A DNA stretch of 64,000 nucleotides from Squalus acanthias (lineage: Eukaryota): the NCBI GenBank assembly GCA_030390025.1, contig JASTWF010000346.1, forward strand, positions 186,001 to 250,000, given 5' to 3'. The position numbers were made by a program, and so were the translations under genes. This document shows positions 9,513 to 22,556 of the stretch, piece after piece. Numbering within the stretch: the first letter of the stretch is position 1; the number at the start of each line of letters is the position of its first letter. The notes beneath the pieces were generated by a model that did not search any database, was not told the DNA's origin, and saw only the letters and a list, made by a program, of their open reading frames with translations.

Positions 9513-12500
9513 ACCGACGAGAGCCCACCCGGATCCCTCTTCCGCATGCTGTTCATCCGCCAGCTCCCTCTCAGCATCCGCCCAGCGATCGTGGCGTCCA
9601 GCCTCACGAACCTGGAAGCCCTGGCCGATGAGGCCGACAAGCTGCTGTCCGCTCACTCCAGCCTGGGTGTGCCCCTCACCGGCCAGCACGCGGCCACAAG
9701 GGCCTGCCACCAGGCCCACGGGGCCTTCACGCCCCACTAACCCGGGCCACTGTTACTACCACGCACGGTTCGGCGCCAGGGCACAACGGTGCACACCTCC
9801 CTGCTCTTTCAAGTCCGCCCCCGTACCAGCCCCCACGATGGCCGTGGGCCACGCGGGCTCCCTGCTGTTCGTCACGGATGACAAAACCGGCCGTCGGTTC
9901 CTGTGTGACACTGGGGCTCAGCACAGCATCATCCCGGCCTCCTCCCTCGACATCCAAAAGGGCGAACGAAGACCGGCGCTGGCTGCTGCTAACGGCTCGG
10001 AAATCCGGATGTATGGCACCCGGACAGTCACCCTCGACCTCGCTGGTCACCGCTACCGATGGGAGTTCATCACTGCCAAGGTGCTCTCCCCTCTCATCAG
10101 CGCAGATTTCCTGTGCGCCCACGGCCTACTGGTAGACATCCCTCGTCACCGCCTCGTGGACATGAACACCATGTCCCCCATCCTGGGCGCCATGGCCCCC
10201 CGTCAACCCGCCGACATGGCGTCACAGTGCCACGCCCGGGCCACAGATGACTACTCGGCACTCCTGGCCGAATTCCCGGCCCTTACCAATCCGACCTTCT
10301 CCGCGGAGGCCGCCAAACACGGGGTGGAATACTTCATCCCCACCACAGGCCCCCCAGTGTACGCCCACGCCCGCAGGCTGGACCCGGCCAAACTGGAGAT
10401 CGAGCGGACCGAGTTTGCCACCATGGAACAGCTTGGCATCATCCGCCACTCCAACAGTCCCTGGGCCTCCCCACTCCACATCGCCCCCAAACCAGGCGGA
10501 GGTTGGCGCCCCTATGGGGATTACCGCCGCCTCAATGACGCCACCACCCCTGATCGGTACCCCGTGCCGCACATTCAGGACTTCTCGGCTAGACTGGCCG
10601 GCCGCTCAGTCTTTTCCAAGGTCGACCTGGTGTGCGGCTACCACCAAGTCCCCGTCCACCCCGCGGATGTCCCCAAAGACGGCCGTAATCACCCCCTTCG
10701 ACCTGTTCGAGTTCCTGCGGATGCCCTTCGGCCTCAAAAACGCGGTCCAGGCATTCCAACGGCTCATGGACTCAGTCGTTCGGGACCTGAAGTTCCTGTT
10801 CGTCTACCTGGATGACATCCTGGTAGCCAGTTCCTCAAAGCAGGAACACCTCGAACACCTTCGCATCCTGTTCGGGCGCCTCAGCCACCACGGGCTCATC
10901 CTCAGCCCAGCCAAATGCTAGTTCGGCCTGGACAAGATCGACTTCCTCGGCCACCACATCACCCATGCTGGGGCCATTCCCCTGCCCACCAAGGTGCAGG
11001 CAGTCCAACAATTTCCCCGCCCCACCACCATCAAAGGCCTCCAGGAGTTCATAGGGATGGTGAATTTCTATAACCGCTTCATCCCCAAAGCGGCGTCCCT
11101 CATGAAGCCCCTTTATGAAGCCCTCCGGGGCAGGAGCAGCAAGATGGCGGTCGAATGGACGGCAGACGCGTCCGCCGCCTTCGATTCCACCAAGACCGCG
11201 CTTGCCAACGCCACCCTGCTCGCGCACCCACGGCCCAATGCCAGGGTAGCGCTCACCACGGACGCCTCCGACCACGCGGTCGGCGCCGTGTATGAGCAGT
11301 GGGTCGACGGCGCCTGGCAACCACTTGCCTTCTTCAGCCACCAACTACGCCCCCGGAGGTCAAGTACAGCACCTTTGACCGCGAGCTCCTCGCACTGTTC
11401 CTGGCGGTTCGCCATTTCCGGTTTTTGCTTGAGGGCCACCCCTTCACCGCGTTTGTCGACCACAAGCCCCTGACATTCGCAATGGCAAAAACAACCGACC
11501 CCTGGTCCGCCAGGCAGCAGCGCCAGCTCGCGGCAGTGTCCGAGTTCACCACGGACATCCAACACGTCTCCGGCCGAGAAAATGTGGTAGCCGACTGCCT
11601 CTCCCGCCCCGCCATCCACGCCGCACAACTAGCAGTCGACTACGCTCAACTCGCAGCAGACCAGATCACCGACCCTGATCTGCTCTCCGCACCCACCAAC
11701 CTACCAGGGCTGCGCCTGGCCGACGTCGCCTGTGGCCCGACCGCAGTCACGGTCAAGTGCGACATATCCCTATGCCAACCTCGGCCTGTCGTCCCAGCGT
11801 CCTGGCGCCGCCGGGTATTCGACATTCTCCACAACCTCTCCCACCCCGGCGCCCGCGCATATATCAAATTGGTAGCCAACCGCTTCGTCTGGCGCGGCCT
11901 TCGCAAGGATGTGCGTACTTGGGCCAACTCCTGCCTAGCCTGCCAATGAGCCAAGGTACAGCAACACACGAAAGCACCCCTCGAGGAGTTTACCGTCCCC
12001 TCGCGGAGATTCGACCACATCCACGTGGACATCGTCGGGCCCCTGCCGCCGTCGCAAGGCCACACGCACTTGCTGACCATCGTTGACCGCACCACACGCT
12101 GGCCTGAGGCAATTCCACTGACCTCTACCACCACCGCCGACATCGCCAGAGCCTTCGTCATCACCTGGGTCGCACGGTTCGGCGTCCCCTCCGACATGAC
12201 GTCGGACAGAGGTCCGCAATTTACCTCTGAACTCTGGACCGCCGTCGCACGTAATCTCGGGGTGACCATTCACCGCACCACAGTGTACCACCCCCAAGCC
12301 AACGGACTGTGTGAGCGGTTCCACAGATCCTTGAAGGCATCTCTTCGAGCTAGCCTCCAAGACGGCGCCTGGACCGACCGACTTCCGTGGGTCCTCCTCG
12401 GCCTGCGCACCACGGTTAAAGAAGACCTCCACGCATCGGCAGCAGAGCTTGTGTACGGTCAGCCGCTGCGCGTACCCGGCGAGTTCCTGCCCACCGCCAC

Positions 12501-12954
12501 GACACCCTGGTCAGCCGACCAGCAACGCCACGACTTCGCCTCACCGGCGCTGCAGTTCGCCCCGGTGCCCATTGTCCGACACGGCGAATCCACCTCACAC
12601 GTCCCACTAAGCCTGCAGCAGAAACGGTTCGTTTTCGTCCGGCACGACGCCCACCGCGGACCCCTTCAACCCCCATACGACGGGCCCTACAAGGTGCTAC
12701 AGGCTGGGGACAAATTTTTCACCCTGCAAGTGGGCGACAGGACCGAAAAAGTGTCGGTTGACCGACTCAAGCCAGCACACTCGGAGCCCGGTGAGCAGGT
12801 CCCTGTAGCTCGTCCACCTCCACGCGGCCGACCAGCCCTCAAGCCGGTTCACCCAGCTGCTACACGCCCGGCCGTTCCACGTCCACCGGCGTCCTGCAAG
12901 AGCCGCTCCGGCTGGCCCATCAGACCGCCGCACCGTCTCGTCCACACCTCCTAA
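9513..12954 (+). pseudogene. Decayed gag-pol of a 5'-truncated Ty3/Gypsy element, CsRn1-like clade
   Basis: CYYHARFGARAQRCTPPC (CX2HX9CX3C), PR FLCDTGA, RT YLDDIL, RH TDASD, IN H..H/CLAC, SDRG, GPY. Frameshifts near 9700, 10680 and 11350; stops at 10919 and 11947. Confidence 0.9.
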
Positions 12955-12973
12955 GCGGATTCTGGGGGGAAGC

Positions 12974-13213
12974 TGTGTGGCGGATCGCCACCTAAACGGG
13001 CATTATCCACTCTTCCGTCTGTGGGCAAATATTAAACACCTTCCCTTTAAGGCACCTGACCTTTAAGGCAGGAATGGGCGGGGCCTCAGGATTTGCCCAG
13101 AGAATTCTGGGAGTTTTTCTGTTCAGCCATTTTGTGCCATGCAGTGATTAAAAAGTCTCTTGTTTAACACACATGGATTCAGCCTTAATTCGTGTTTTGC
13201 GGCAGCCTCAACA
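12974..13213 (+). repeat. Probable 3' LTR of the Gypsy element (about 240 bp)
   Basis: Follows the PPT GGGGGGAAG; TGT...ACA ends; ATTAAA inside; no partner LTR is present to confirm. Confidence 0.6.
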
Positions 13214-14227
13214 GTGTAGTGTTACAGCCCCATCTCCTGCTGACACTGGGATATACCAGGTACATATATAGAGTGTAGTGTTACAGCCCCATCTCCTGCT
13301 GACACTGGGATATACCAGGTACATATATAGAGTGTAGTGTTACAGCCCCATCTCCTGCTGACACTGGGAGATACCAGGTACATATATAGAGTGTAGTGTT
13401 ACAGCCCCATCTCCTGCTGACACTGGGATATACCAGGTACATATATAGAGTGTAGTGTTACAGCCCCATCTCCTGCTGACACTCGGATATACCAGGTACA
13501 TATATAGAGTGTAGTGTTACAGCCCCATCTCCTGCTGACACTGCGATATACCAGGTACATATATAGAGTGCAGTGTCACAGCCCCATCTCCTGCTGACAC
13601 TCGGATATACCAGGTACATATATAGAGTGTAGTGTTACAGCCCCATCTCCTGCTGACACTCGGATATACCAGGTACATATATAGAGTGTAGTGTTACAGC
13701 CCCATCTCCTGCTGACACTGGGATATACCAGGTACATATATAGAGTGTAGTGTTACAGCCCCATCTCCTGCTGACACTGGGATATACCAGGTACATATAT
13801 AGAGTGTAGTGTTACAGCCCCATCTCCTGCTGACACTCGGATATACCAGGTACATATATAGAGTGTAGTGTTACAGCCCCATCTCCTGCTGACACTGGGA
13901 GATACCAGGTACATATATAGAGTGTAGTGTTACAGCCCCATCTCCTGCTGACACTGGGAGATACCAGGTACATATATAGAGTGTAGTGTTACAGCCCCAT
14001 CTCCTGCTGACACTCGGATATACCAGGTACATATATAGAGTGTAGTGTTACAGCCCCATCTCCTGCTGACACTGGGATATACCAGGTACATATATAGAGT
14101 ATAGTGTCACAGCCCCATCTCCTGCTGACACTGGGATATACCAGGTACATATATAGAGTGTAGTGTTACAGCCCCATCTCCTGCTGACACTCGGATATAC
14201 CAGGTGCATATATAGAGTGTAGTGTTA
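13214..14227. repeat. 59-bp tandem repeat, about 17 copies (left block)
   Basis: Unit GTGTAGTGTTACAGCCCCATCTCCTGCTGACACTGGGATATACCAGGTACATATATAGA. Confidence 0.97.
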
Positions 14228-14709
14228 GAAATATAGAAACATAGAAGATAGGAGCAGGAGTAGGCCATTCGGCCCCTCGAGCCTGCTCCGCCATTTGATG
14301 AGATCATGGCTGATCATCCATACTCAGTACCCTGTCCCTGCTTTCTCCCCATATCCCTTGCTACCTTTAGCCTTAAGAAATATAGCTAACTCCTTCTTGA
14401 ATATATTTACTGACTTGGCCTCAACTGCCTTCTGTGGTAGAGAATTCCACAGGTTCACCACTCTCTGGGTGAAGAAATTCATCCTCATCCTTGTCCTAAA
14501 TGGCTTACCCCTTATCTTTAGACTGTGACCTCTTGTTCTGGACTCACCCGCCATCGGGAACATCCTTCCTGCATCCAGTCTGTCTAGCCCTGTTAGAATT
14601 TTATAAGTTTCAATGAGATCTCCTCTCATTCTACTAAACTCCAGCGAGTTTAAGCCCAATCGACCCAATCTCTCCTCGTACGTCATTCCTGCCATCCCAG
14701 GTATCAGTG

Positions 14710-15370
14710 GGGTGACCAAACGCAGATTGGGTGACCGCTTTGCGGAACACCTCCGTTCAGTCCGTAAGGGGGACCCCGAGCTCCCGGTGGCCTGTCACTT
14801 TAATTCACCGCTTCACTCCCACTCTGACCTCACCGTCCTCGGCCTAATACACTGTTCCACGGAAGCTCAGCGTAAGCTCGAGGAACAGCACCTCATCTTT
14901 CGTTTAGGCACGCTACAGCCCTCTGGACTCAATATCGAGTTCAACAATTTTAGATCATAACCTCAGCTCCAATCACATTTATATTTTATTTTATCTACCC
15001 TTTTATTTGTCCCCCCCACCTTTTTTTTCCTCCTAGAAGCTGGCAGCTGTCCTTCATTCTGCCAGTAGATTTCACACTTCATTCAGCCTTAATCTGTCAC
15101 ATTAACACCACCTCTAGCCTTGCATATCTCTTAATGTCTCTGAATGTCTCTTCATCTCCTCCTTTGTTCCTTTATCCCCTCCCCCTTTTCCCAGCTTTAC
15201 CCTGGCCTTAAATCTATTTGATTTCCAGCTCTTCCCAGTTCTGATGAAAGGTCATCGACCTGAAACGTCAACTCTCTTTCTCTCTCCACGGATGCTGCCT
15301 GGCCTGCTGAGTTTTTCCAGCGTTTTCTGTTGTTATTTCGGATTTCCAGCATCTGCAGTATTTTGCTATC
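14710..15370 (+). mobile_element. Penelope-like element 3' fragment (GIY-YIG endonuclease C-terminus + UTR) nested in CR1
   Basis: G.TKRRLGDRFAEH...VACHFN...RKLEEQHLIFRLGTLQPSGLN; flanked by duplicated GTATCAGTG (14701-14709, 15371-15379). Confidence 0.85.
15237..15273 (+). ncRNA. Minimal type I hammerhead ribozyme (Penelope-associated)
   Basis: AGTT-CTGATGA-A-AGGTC(ATC)GACCT-GAAAC-GTC-AACT: catalytic core, stem II, and stem I AGTT/AACT. Confidence 0.7.
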
Positions 15371-16647
15371 GTATCAGTGTGGTGAATCTTCGCTGCACAC
15401 CCTCCATGGCAAGAACATCCTTCCTCAGATAAGGCGACCAAAACTTCACACAATACTCAAGGTGTGGTCTCACCAAGGCCCTGTACAGCTGCGGCAAGAC
15501 ATCCTTGTTCCTGTACTCAAACCCTCTCGCTACGAAGGCCAACAGACCATTTGCCTTCTTAACCGCCTGCTGTACCTGCATGCTTATCATCAGCGACTGG
15601 TGCACAAGGACACCCAGGTCTCGTTGCACTTCCCCTTCTCCCAATCTATTGCCGTTCAGATAATAATCTGCCTTTCTGTTTTTGCCACCAAAGTGGATAA
15701 CCTCGCATTTATCCACATTATACTGCATCTGCCATGCATCTGCCCAATCACCCAACCTGTCCAAATCATACTGGAGTTTTTCGGCATCCTCCTCGCAGCA
15801 CACACGCCCACCCAGCTTTGTGTCATCTGCAAACTTGGAGATATTACATCTAGTTCCCTCGTCTAGCTCATTAATATATATAGTGAATAGCTGGGGTCCT
15901 AGGACCGATCCCTGCGGAACCCCACTAGTCACTGCCTGCCACTCGGAAAAAGACCCATTTATTCCAACTCTTTGCTTCCTGTCTGCCAAGCAGTTCTCTA
16001 TCCAAGTCAGTACCTTGCCCCCAATCCCATGTGCCTTAACTTTACACGCTAATCTCTTATGCGGGACCTTATTGAAAGCATGATTTACCTTTTGTAAATC
16101 CATGTTGACTTTGTCCAATCCTGTCACTGTTTCCCAAGTGCTCTGCTATTACATCTTTTATAATGGACTCTAGCATTTTCCCCACAACCGATGTCAGGCT
16201 TAATTCCCCATTTTTTCTTTACCACCTTTTTTGAACAGTGGGGTCACATTAGCTACCCTCCAATCCATGGGAACTGTTCCAGAGTCTATAGAATTTTGGA
16301 AGATGACCAGCAATGCATCTACTATTTCTAGGGCCACTTCCTTAAATACCCTAGAATGTAGATTATCAGGCCCTGGGGATTTATCGGCCTATAATGTCTT
16401 CAATTTCCCTAACACCATTTCCCTACAAATACTGATTTGATTCATTTCCTCCCTCTCATTAGACCCTATGTTCCCCGACATCTCTGGGAGGTTATTTGTG
16501 TTCTCCTTTGTGAAGACAGAGCCAAAGTATGTATTTAATTGGTCTGCCATTTCTTTGTTCCCCATTATAAATTCCCCTGATTCTGACTGCATGGGACCTG
16601 CGCTTGACTTCACTAATCTTTTTCTCTTCACATATTTATAAAAGCTT

Positions 16648-17630
16648 TTACAGCCCCATCTCCTGCTGACACTCGGATATACCAGGTACATATATAGAGT
16701 GCAGTGTTACAGCCCCATCTCCTGCTGACACTCGGATATACCAGGTACATATATCGAGTGCAGTGTTACAGCCCCATCTCCTGCTGACACTGGGATATAC
16801 CAGGTACATATATAGAGTGTAGTGTTACAGCCCCATCTCCTGCTGACACTCGGATATACCAGGTACATATATCGAGTGCAGTGTTACAGCCCCATCTCCT
16901 GCTGACACTCGGATATACCAGGTACATATATCGAGTGCAGTGTTACAGCCCCATCTCCTGCTGACACTGGGATATACCAGGTACATATATAGAGTGCAGT
17001 GTTACAGCCCCATCTCCTGCTGACACTCGGATATACCAGGTACATATATGGAGTGTAGTGTTACAGCCCCATCTCCTGCTGACACTCGGATATACCAGGT
17101 ACATATATAGAGTGTAGTGTTACAGCCCCATCTCCTGCTGACACTGGGATATACCAGGTACAAATATAGAGTGTAGTGTTACAGCCCCATCTCCTGCTGA
17201 CACTCGGATATACCAGGTACATATATAGAGTGTAGTGTTACAGCCCCATCTCCTGCTGACACTGGGATATACCAGTTACATATATGGAGTGTAGTGTTAC
17301 AGCCCCATCTCCTGCTGACACTCGGAGATACCAGGTACATATACAGAGTGCAGTGTTACAGCCCCATCTCCTGCTGACACTGGGATATACCAGGTACATA
17401 TATAGAGTGTAGTGTTACAACCCCATCTCCTGCTGACACTGGGATATACCAGGTACAGATATAGAGTGTAGTGTTACAGCCCCATCTCCTGCTGACACTC
17501 GGATATACCAGGTACATATATAGAGTGCAGTGTTACAGCCCCATCTCCTGCTGACACTGGGATATACCAGGTACATATATAGAGTGTAGTGTTACAGCCC
17601 AATCTCCTGCTGACACTCGGATATACCAGG
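16648..17630. repeat. 59-bp tandem repeat, about 16.5 copies (right block)
   Basis: Same unit as 13214-14227, resuming in register after the CR1. Confidence 0.97.
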
Positions 17631-17704
17631 GCTCCAACATTTCGCGCACATCCGTTGGGGGCCTCATCATAACACTTTGTGTGTCTCTTGTGACTGTCCT
17701 CCAC

Positions 17705-17900
17705 TGAGCTCATAATCCAGGCTTTCACTCCAGTGCAGTACTGAGGGAGTGCTGCACTGTCGGAGGGGCAGTACTGAGGGAGTGCTGCACTGTCGGAGGG
17801 GCAGTACTGAGGGAGTGCTGCACTGTCGGAGGGGCAGTACTGAGGGCCTGCTGCACTATCGGAGGTGCCGTCTTTTGGATGAGACGTTAAACCGAACCCA
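17705..17900 (+). mobile_element. SacSINE1/DeuSINE-like fragment with 3-4 copies of the 33-bp internal unit
   Basis: cagtactgagggagtgctgcactgtcggagggg repeats followed by gtcttttggatgagacgttaaaccg. Confidence 0.7.
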
Positions 17901-18271
17901 TACTGTTTCAATGAGGTTGTTATTGTGCATTACCTGCAACCAACATCATTCCTCACGATAAGAAATAGCTCCCATTCACAAAACAAGGGAACTAATTTTA
18001 AAGGTTGGAAATAAAGTCGACTATTTATATACATAAAGAGTAGTGAGTGACTCGAATGATGGCTGACGTCAAGGGTTAGGGATTGGCTGGTGTCTTGTTC
18101 CTGTGATTTCTGATGTATCCGAACCCTTTGCTGATATTATTTTCTTGCGATCCTTCCCCATTATCCTCTACATTTCAACAAATTAAAAGGTTCATTCCTT
18201 GCATTTTGTTTTAAAATTACTGAGAAGGGATGGATGGGAGGTCAACCCACTTCTAGAGAACAAACCGACCG

Positions 18272-18410
18272 GTATCTCCCATCACTCTGTATCTCCCATC
18301 ACTCTGTATCTCCCATCACTATGTATCTCCCATCACTCTGTATCTCCCATCACTCTGTATCTCCCATCACTCTGTATCTCCCATCACTCTGTATCTCCCA
18401 TCACTCTGTC
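18272..18410. repeat. 17-bp minisatellite, about 8 copies
   Basis: Unit TGTATCTCCCATCACTC. Confidence 0.95.
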
Positions 18411-18439
18411 TTTTCTACTGTTTAACATGGAACAGGATT

Positions 18440-18872
18440 TGTTTAACCTGCTCCTGACAAGTGGACTCGGATCTGTTTAACCTGCTCCTGTCAAGTGGAC
18501 TCGGATCTGTTTAACCTGCTCCTGTCAAGGGGACCCGGATCTGTTTAACCTGCTCCTGTCAAGGGGACCCGGATCTGTTTAACCTGCTCCTGTCAAGGGG
18601 ACTCGGATCTGTTTAACCTGCTCCTGTCAAGTGTACTCGGATCAGTTTAACCTGCTCCTGTCAAGTGGACTCGGATCTGTTTAACCTGCTCCTGTCAAGT
18701 GGACTCGGATCTGTTTAACCTGCTCCTGTCAAGTGTACTCGGATCTGTTTAACCTGCTCCTGTCAAGGGGACTCGGATCTGTTTAACCTGCTCCTGTCAA
18801 GGGGACTTGGATCAGTTTAACCTGCTCCTGTCAAGGGGAACCGGATCTGTTTAACCTGCTCCTGTCAAGTGG
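18440..18872. repeat. 34-bp minisatellite, about 13 copies
   Basis: Unit TGTTTAACCTGCTCCTGTCAAGTGGACTCGGATC. Confidence 0.95.
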
Positions 18873-18890
18873 GGCTAACTTTCATGTTAA

Positions 18891-19959
18891 TGTAAAGTTG
18901 AAGAGGGAATGCATTTTTTAATTTGCTGCATCAAGCTGCTTTGCAGATATGTGATTCAGCTTGGGAAAAGCAGGAGGGAGCTGGGTTCAGCGCACTAGAA
19001 CCATACCACCATCGCACTGTGGCAACTGAGTGAAGGAATAAGTCATATAACCTATTCAGGAAATACACCATCTTATGAAAGAATTCTGGCCTTATTAAAA
19101 CATGACAAACTGGGTTTGGAAATCTAGAAACCTAACTATGAAAAAGCTGTGAAAGCATTCTGGCTATTGAGATAAGATAGTTGTTGACACTGAATCAATA
19201 ACCTTATTGAAACAGAAAGTTAAGGGCTCCAGCAGGCTGAACCTTTCGGAATGAAACAATGGTTCACCATGGATAATGTGTTCTAATTTACACTTCGTAA
19301 AGAAGCACATAAAGTAAGGAACATCTGTCCTCGTAAAGATGACATCAAGTAAGGAACACCTGCTGTCTCACCGTTTTTATATGGTAAACTTAGAACACCT
19401 AGAGATGAGACACGATTCTGTAATGCTACCAGCTGAGGTGACTGTAAGAATTTCAGAGGTCAGCAGAAAAATGACTAGAGATAATTAGCTTACATCTGCA
19501 GAAAACCTTAAAGGAAATACCACTGGAAAAGGGTATAAATATTGAACTCTCAAATGGGATAGTAGACTCACTTTAAAGTTGCAAAGCGATTCTCGGCTTC
19601 AGAGGTGGCTCTGTAAGTATCCAACTCTTTGTACCTCGGGGATCAAAGGTATTTGATTTTGGTGGATATCCTGTAGAACACTAAGAATGGTAAAACTGTA
19701 GCGAAGTTAAGATTTGAGAGTAAGGTTCTCTGATAATAAGATTGTAAGCTTTCTCCTTTTGGAACTGTTAATGTTGTGATTGACTCACCAACTGTAAATT
19801 GCATGTCGGTTCTTTAATAAATCTATATATTTTTAGAATTGTCTCACATAAGACTTCTGTATCAAAAACTCGCAAACTCAATCTCTGTACACTCTTTGGT
19901 GAGGAGTTGCAGAATTCTGGGGGCGTTTTCCGGACCCTCATAATATCCGGAACGTTACA
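18891..19959 (+). mobile_element. Possible solo LTR of an unrelated family
   Basis: TGTAA...TTACA ends, TATAAA (~19534) and AATAAA (~19816) in LTR order; no TSD found. Confidence 0.3.
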
Positions 19960-20394
19960 GTCTAGCTAAACTTATTAAAAGTGCTATCTGGAGGATGGTA
20001 ACATTTTCAGGTTGTTCCTTTTCTTTAGGGAGAGATAGTCCGGACCTTTAGACCCAATTAAGCGTCTTTAGGATTTGGCTACCTCAAACTTTAGTTGAAA
20101 GTGAACGTCTGAGAAATACGCCTGATCTGGGGTAGCCCTAAAGGGGCTAGGACTAGTAATTATCCCTTCAACTGCAGCCAGCAGGGGGTCACTGCTTTCT
20201 GGAGATGAGAGGAGAAAACTGATGAGGAATATCAAACAAGAAAAGTGAGTCGGGTTTTGTGCGATTTCACCATCCATAGTGTTTATTTCCCCACCCTCTG
20301 TGTTATTGGGACACCTTAACCTGATTCCCTCACTTTGAAGCAGCCTGGTGAATTTTCCCGCTCGGTCCTAATGCCTGTATCGAGGTGCATTTGA

Positions 20395-20842
20395 TAAAGA
20401 AAGGAAGACTTGCATTTATATAGCGCCTTTCACGACCACCGAACGTCCCAAAGTGCTTTACAGCCAATGAAGTCATTGTTTGAAGTGTAGTCGCTGTTGT
20501 AATGTACGAAATGCAGCAGCCAATTTGTGCTCAGCAAGCTCCCAGAAACAGCAATGTGTTAATGACCAGATCATCTGTTTTAGTGATGTTCATTGAGGGA
20601 TAAATATTGGTCAGGACACCGGGGATAACTCCCCTGCTCTTCTTCGAAATAGTGCCATGGGATCTTTAACATCCACCTGAGAGAGCAGACGGGGCCTCGG
20701 TTTAACGTCTCATCTGAAAGACGGCACCTCTGACAGTGCAGCGCTCCCTCAGTACTACACCGGGAGTGTCAGCCTAGATTGTTGAGCTCAAGTCCCTGGA
20801 GTGGGACTTCAACCCACAGCCTTCTGACTCAGAGGTGAGGGT
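20395..20842 (-). mobile_element. SacSINE1/DeuSINE-like tRNA-derived SINE
   Basis: Reverse complement of the SINE body seen at 52032-54760. Confidence 0.8.
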
Positions 20843-21710
20843 AGCAAAGTTAGCGACATTCACAGTTCGAATTGCTGTTCTCACTAATGATTATGTGGTT
20901 TGGAGACACACAATTTTGCAGTTCAGCAGCGTGGTGTTTGACCCCCCTGTTCTGGGTCTCCAGCCTCCTTCCTGTCGGACATACTGTGCGAGACGTTCCT
21001 GCAGAATGTGCCATGTACACGCAGATTTCAAATAATGCAATTGAAGACTAGACACCACATACCATGAACTCCCCCCGTCTCCTTTCACCCTCGGTTGGAC
21101 TGGCGTGCTATTACTGGAGGTTGGCGTATTCATCCAGTGTTTGAATGTCAACCTTATTTTCAGGAATGCCCCAGTATCGACTGATCTCAGCTGGGAGGGA
21201 GTACGGGGTCTTACAGTTGGGCTCAGTGCCTCTGGAATAGCGGGAAGGGAGCAATCAGCCAGGCTTCCTGATCCCGAGCACTATCCAGAAACCCCTTTCC
21301 GGAACGTGTATGTTGTTGGGGGCGGATCAGGACAAGATTGGGTTCCAAGTGTGATGCCTCTGTAGTCGAATATCCTGCCAGCACTCACCGCCAAGGCTCA
21401 CTGTGCCATGTGACCACACGCTAATGTACAAGTGCAAGTTGCTGGTGTTATATTTCCTTATTGTGAGGATTTTTCAAAGAGTTATTGCTACGCTAAACTA
21501 TTCTAGTCATTTCCCCCCATAATCTTATCTCCTCCACTCCCAGAGGTGGTCAGTTACTGGGGTACGGTTCTACAGCAGCCCCCCAATACCGTACCCACGA
21601 TCGCCCTTGATGTGTGAGCCCAAGCAATGAATGTCAGTGGGCTATTTTACCAGGATGGGCATCACAGCCGAGCGTGACCCTGTCTTCACTCGACTTCCCG
21701 GCAGTGGTTA

Positions 21711-21958
21711 CTGGATGACCATCAGGAGCAGCAGGGGTCACTGGATGACCATCAGGAGCAGCAGGGGTCACTGGATGACCATCAGAAGCAGCAGGGGTCA
21801 CTGGATGACCATCATCAGCCGCAGGGGTCACTGGATGACCATCAGAAGCAGCAGGGGTCACTGGATGACATCCAGTGACCCCTGCTGCTACTAATGGTCA
21901 TCCAGTGACCCCTGTTGCTACTGATGGTCATCCAGTGACCCCTGCTGCTGCTGATGGT
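21711..21958. repeat. 30-bp tandem repeat switching to inverted orientation (palindrome centred at 21868)
   Basis: 5 x CTGGATGACCATCAGGAGCAGCAGGGGTCA, then 3 reverse-complement copies. Confidence 0.9.
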
Positions 21959-22556
21959 GCAGAAACATATTCCTGTTTGTGGGAGCTTGCTGTGCGCAAA
22001 TTGGCTGCCACGTTTCCTACATTACAACAGTGACTATACTTCAAAAAAAGTACTTCATTGGCTGTAAAGTGCTTCGGGACGTCCTGAGGTGGTGAAAGGT
22101 GCGATATAAAGACAAGTCTTTCTTATTTCTATATAGTGTCTGCAGTCAAAAGCCGTGAGGTAGATCAATGGGAAACCAGCTCAGTTACTCCGTGCTGGTA
22201 GCTCAGGAATTTGGTTTCGCCCCAGGACAGGACACAAGTTGAGGCGTCTACAGTTTTGACTCAAAGTCACTCTTAAAAATAAAAGATGTCCGTCTCAGGG
22301 GCAAGTGTGCTGTCCGTGAGCCACAACCGTCACTTCACTGCCCACCAGCCCAGCAGTATATTTGAGGCTTGAGGGTACATTTGGGGAGCTCGATCAATCA
22401 TAGATTGTATTGACACAATCTATTGGAGGCCCAGTGCTCAGTGCCACAGAGCGGTAAAATGTGGCTTCCAGCTTACAATTCCTTACATAGCGATAACTCG
22501 ATCTGAATGCTACCATTGGAAATATAAGCAGACTCTTCTTCAATTTGAATTCCATT

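Larger units (their letters stand above)
14228..16647 (-). mobile_element. CR1 LINE (5'-truncated ORF2) inserted in the 59-bp array
   Basis: Minus-strand RT motifs SGVPQGSVLGP, KFADDTK, RPHLEYC; CR1 tail at about 14228-14245. Confidence 0.9.

Noticed and set aside
13214..18872. CRISPR-like appearance of the 59-, 34- and 17-bp arrays
   Set aside because: Head-to-tail units with no unique spacers, no cas genes, eukaryotic context.
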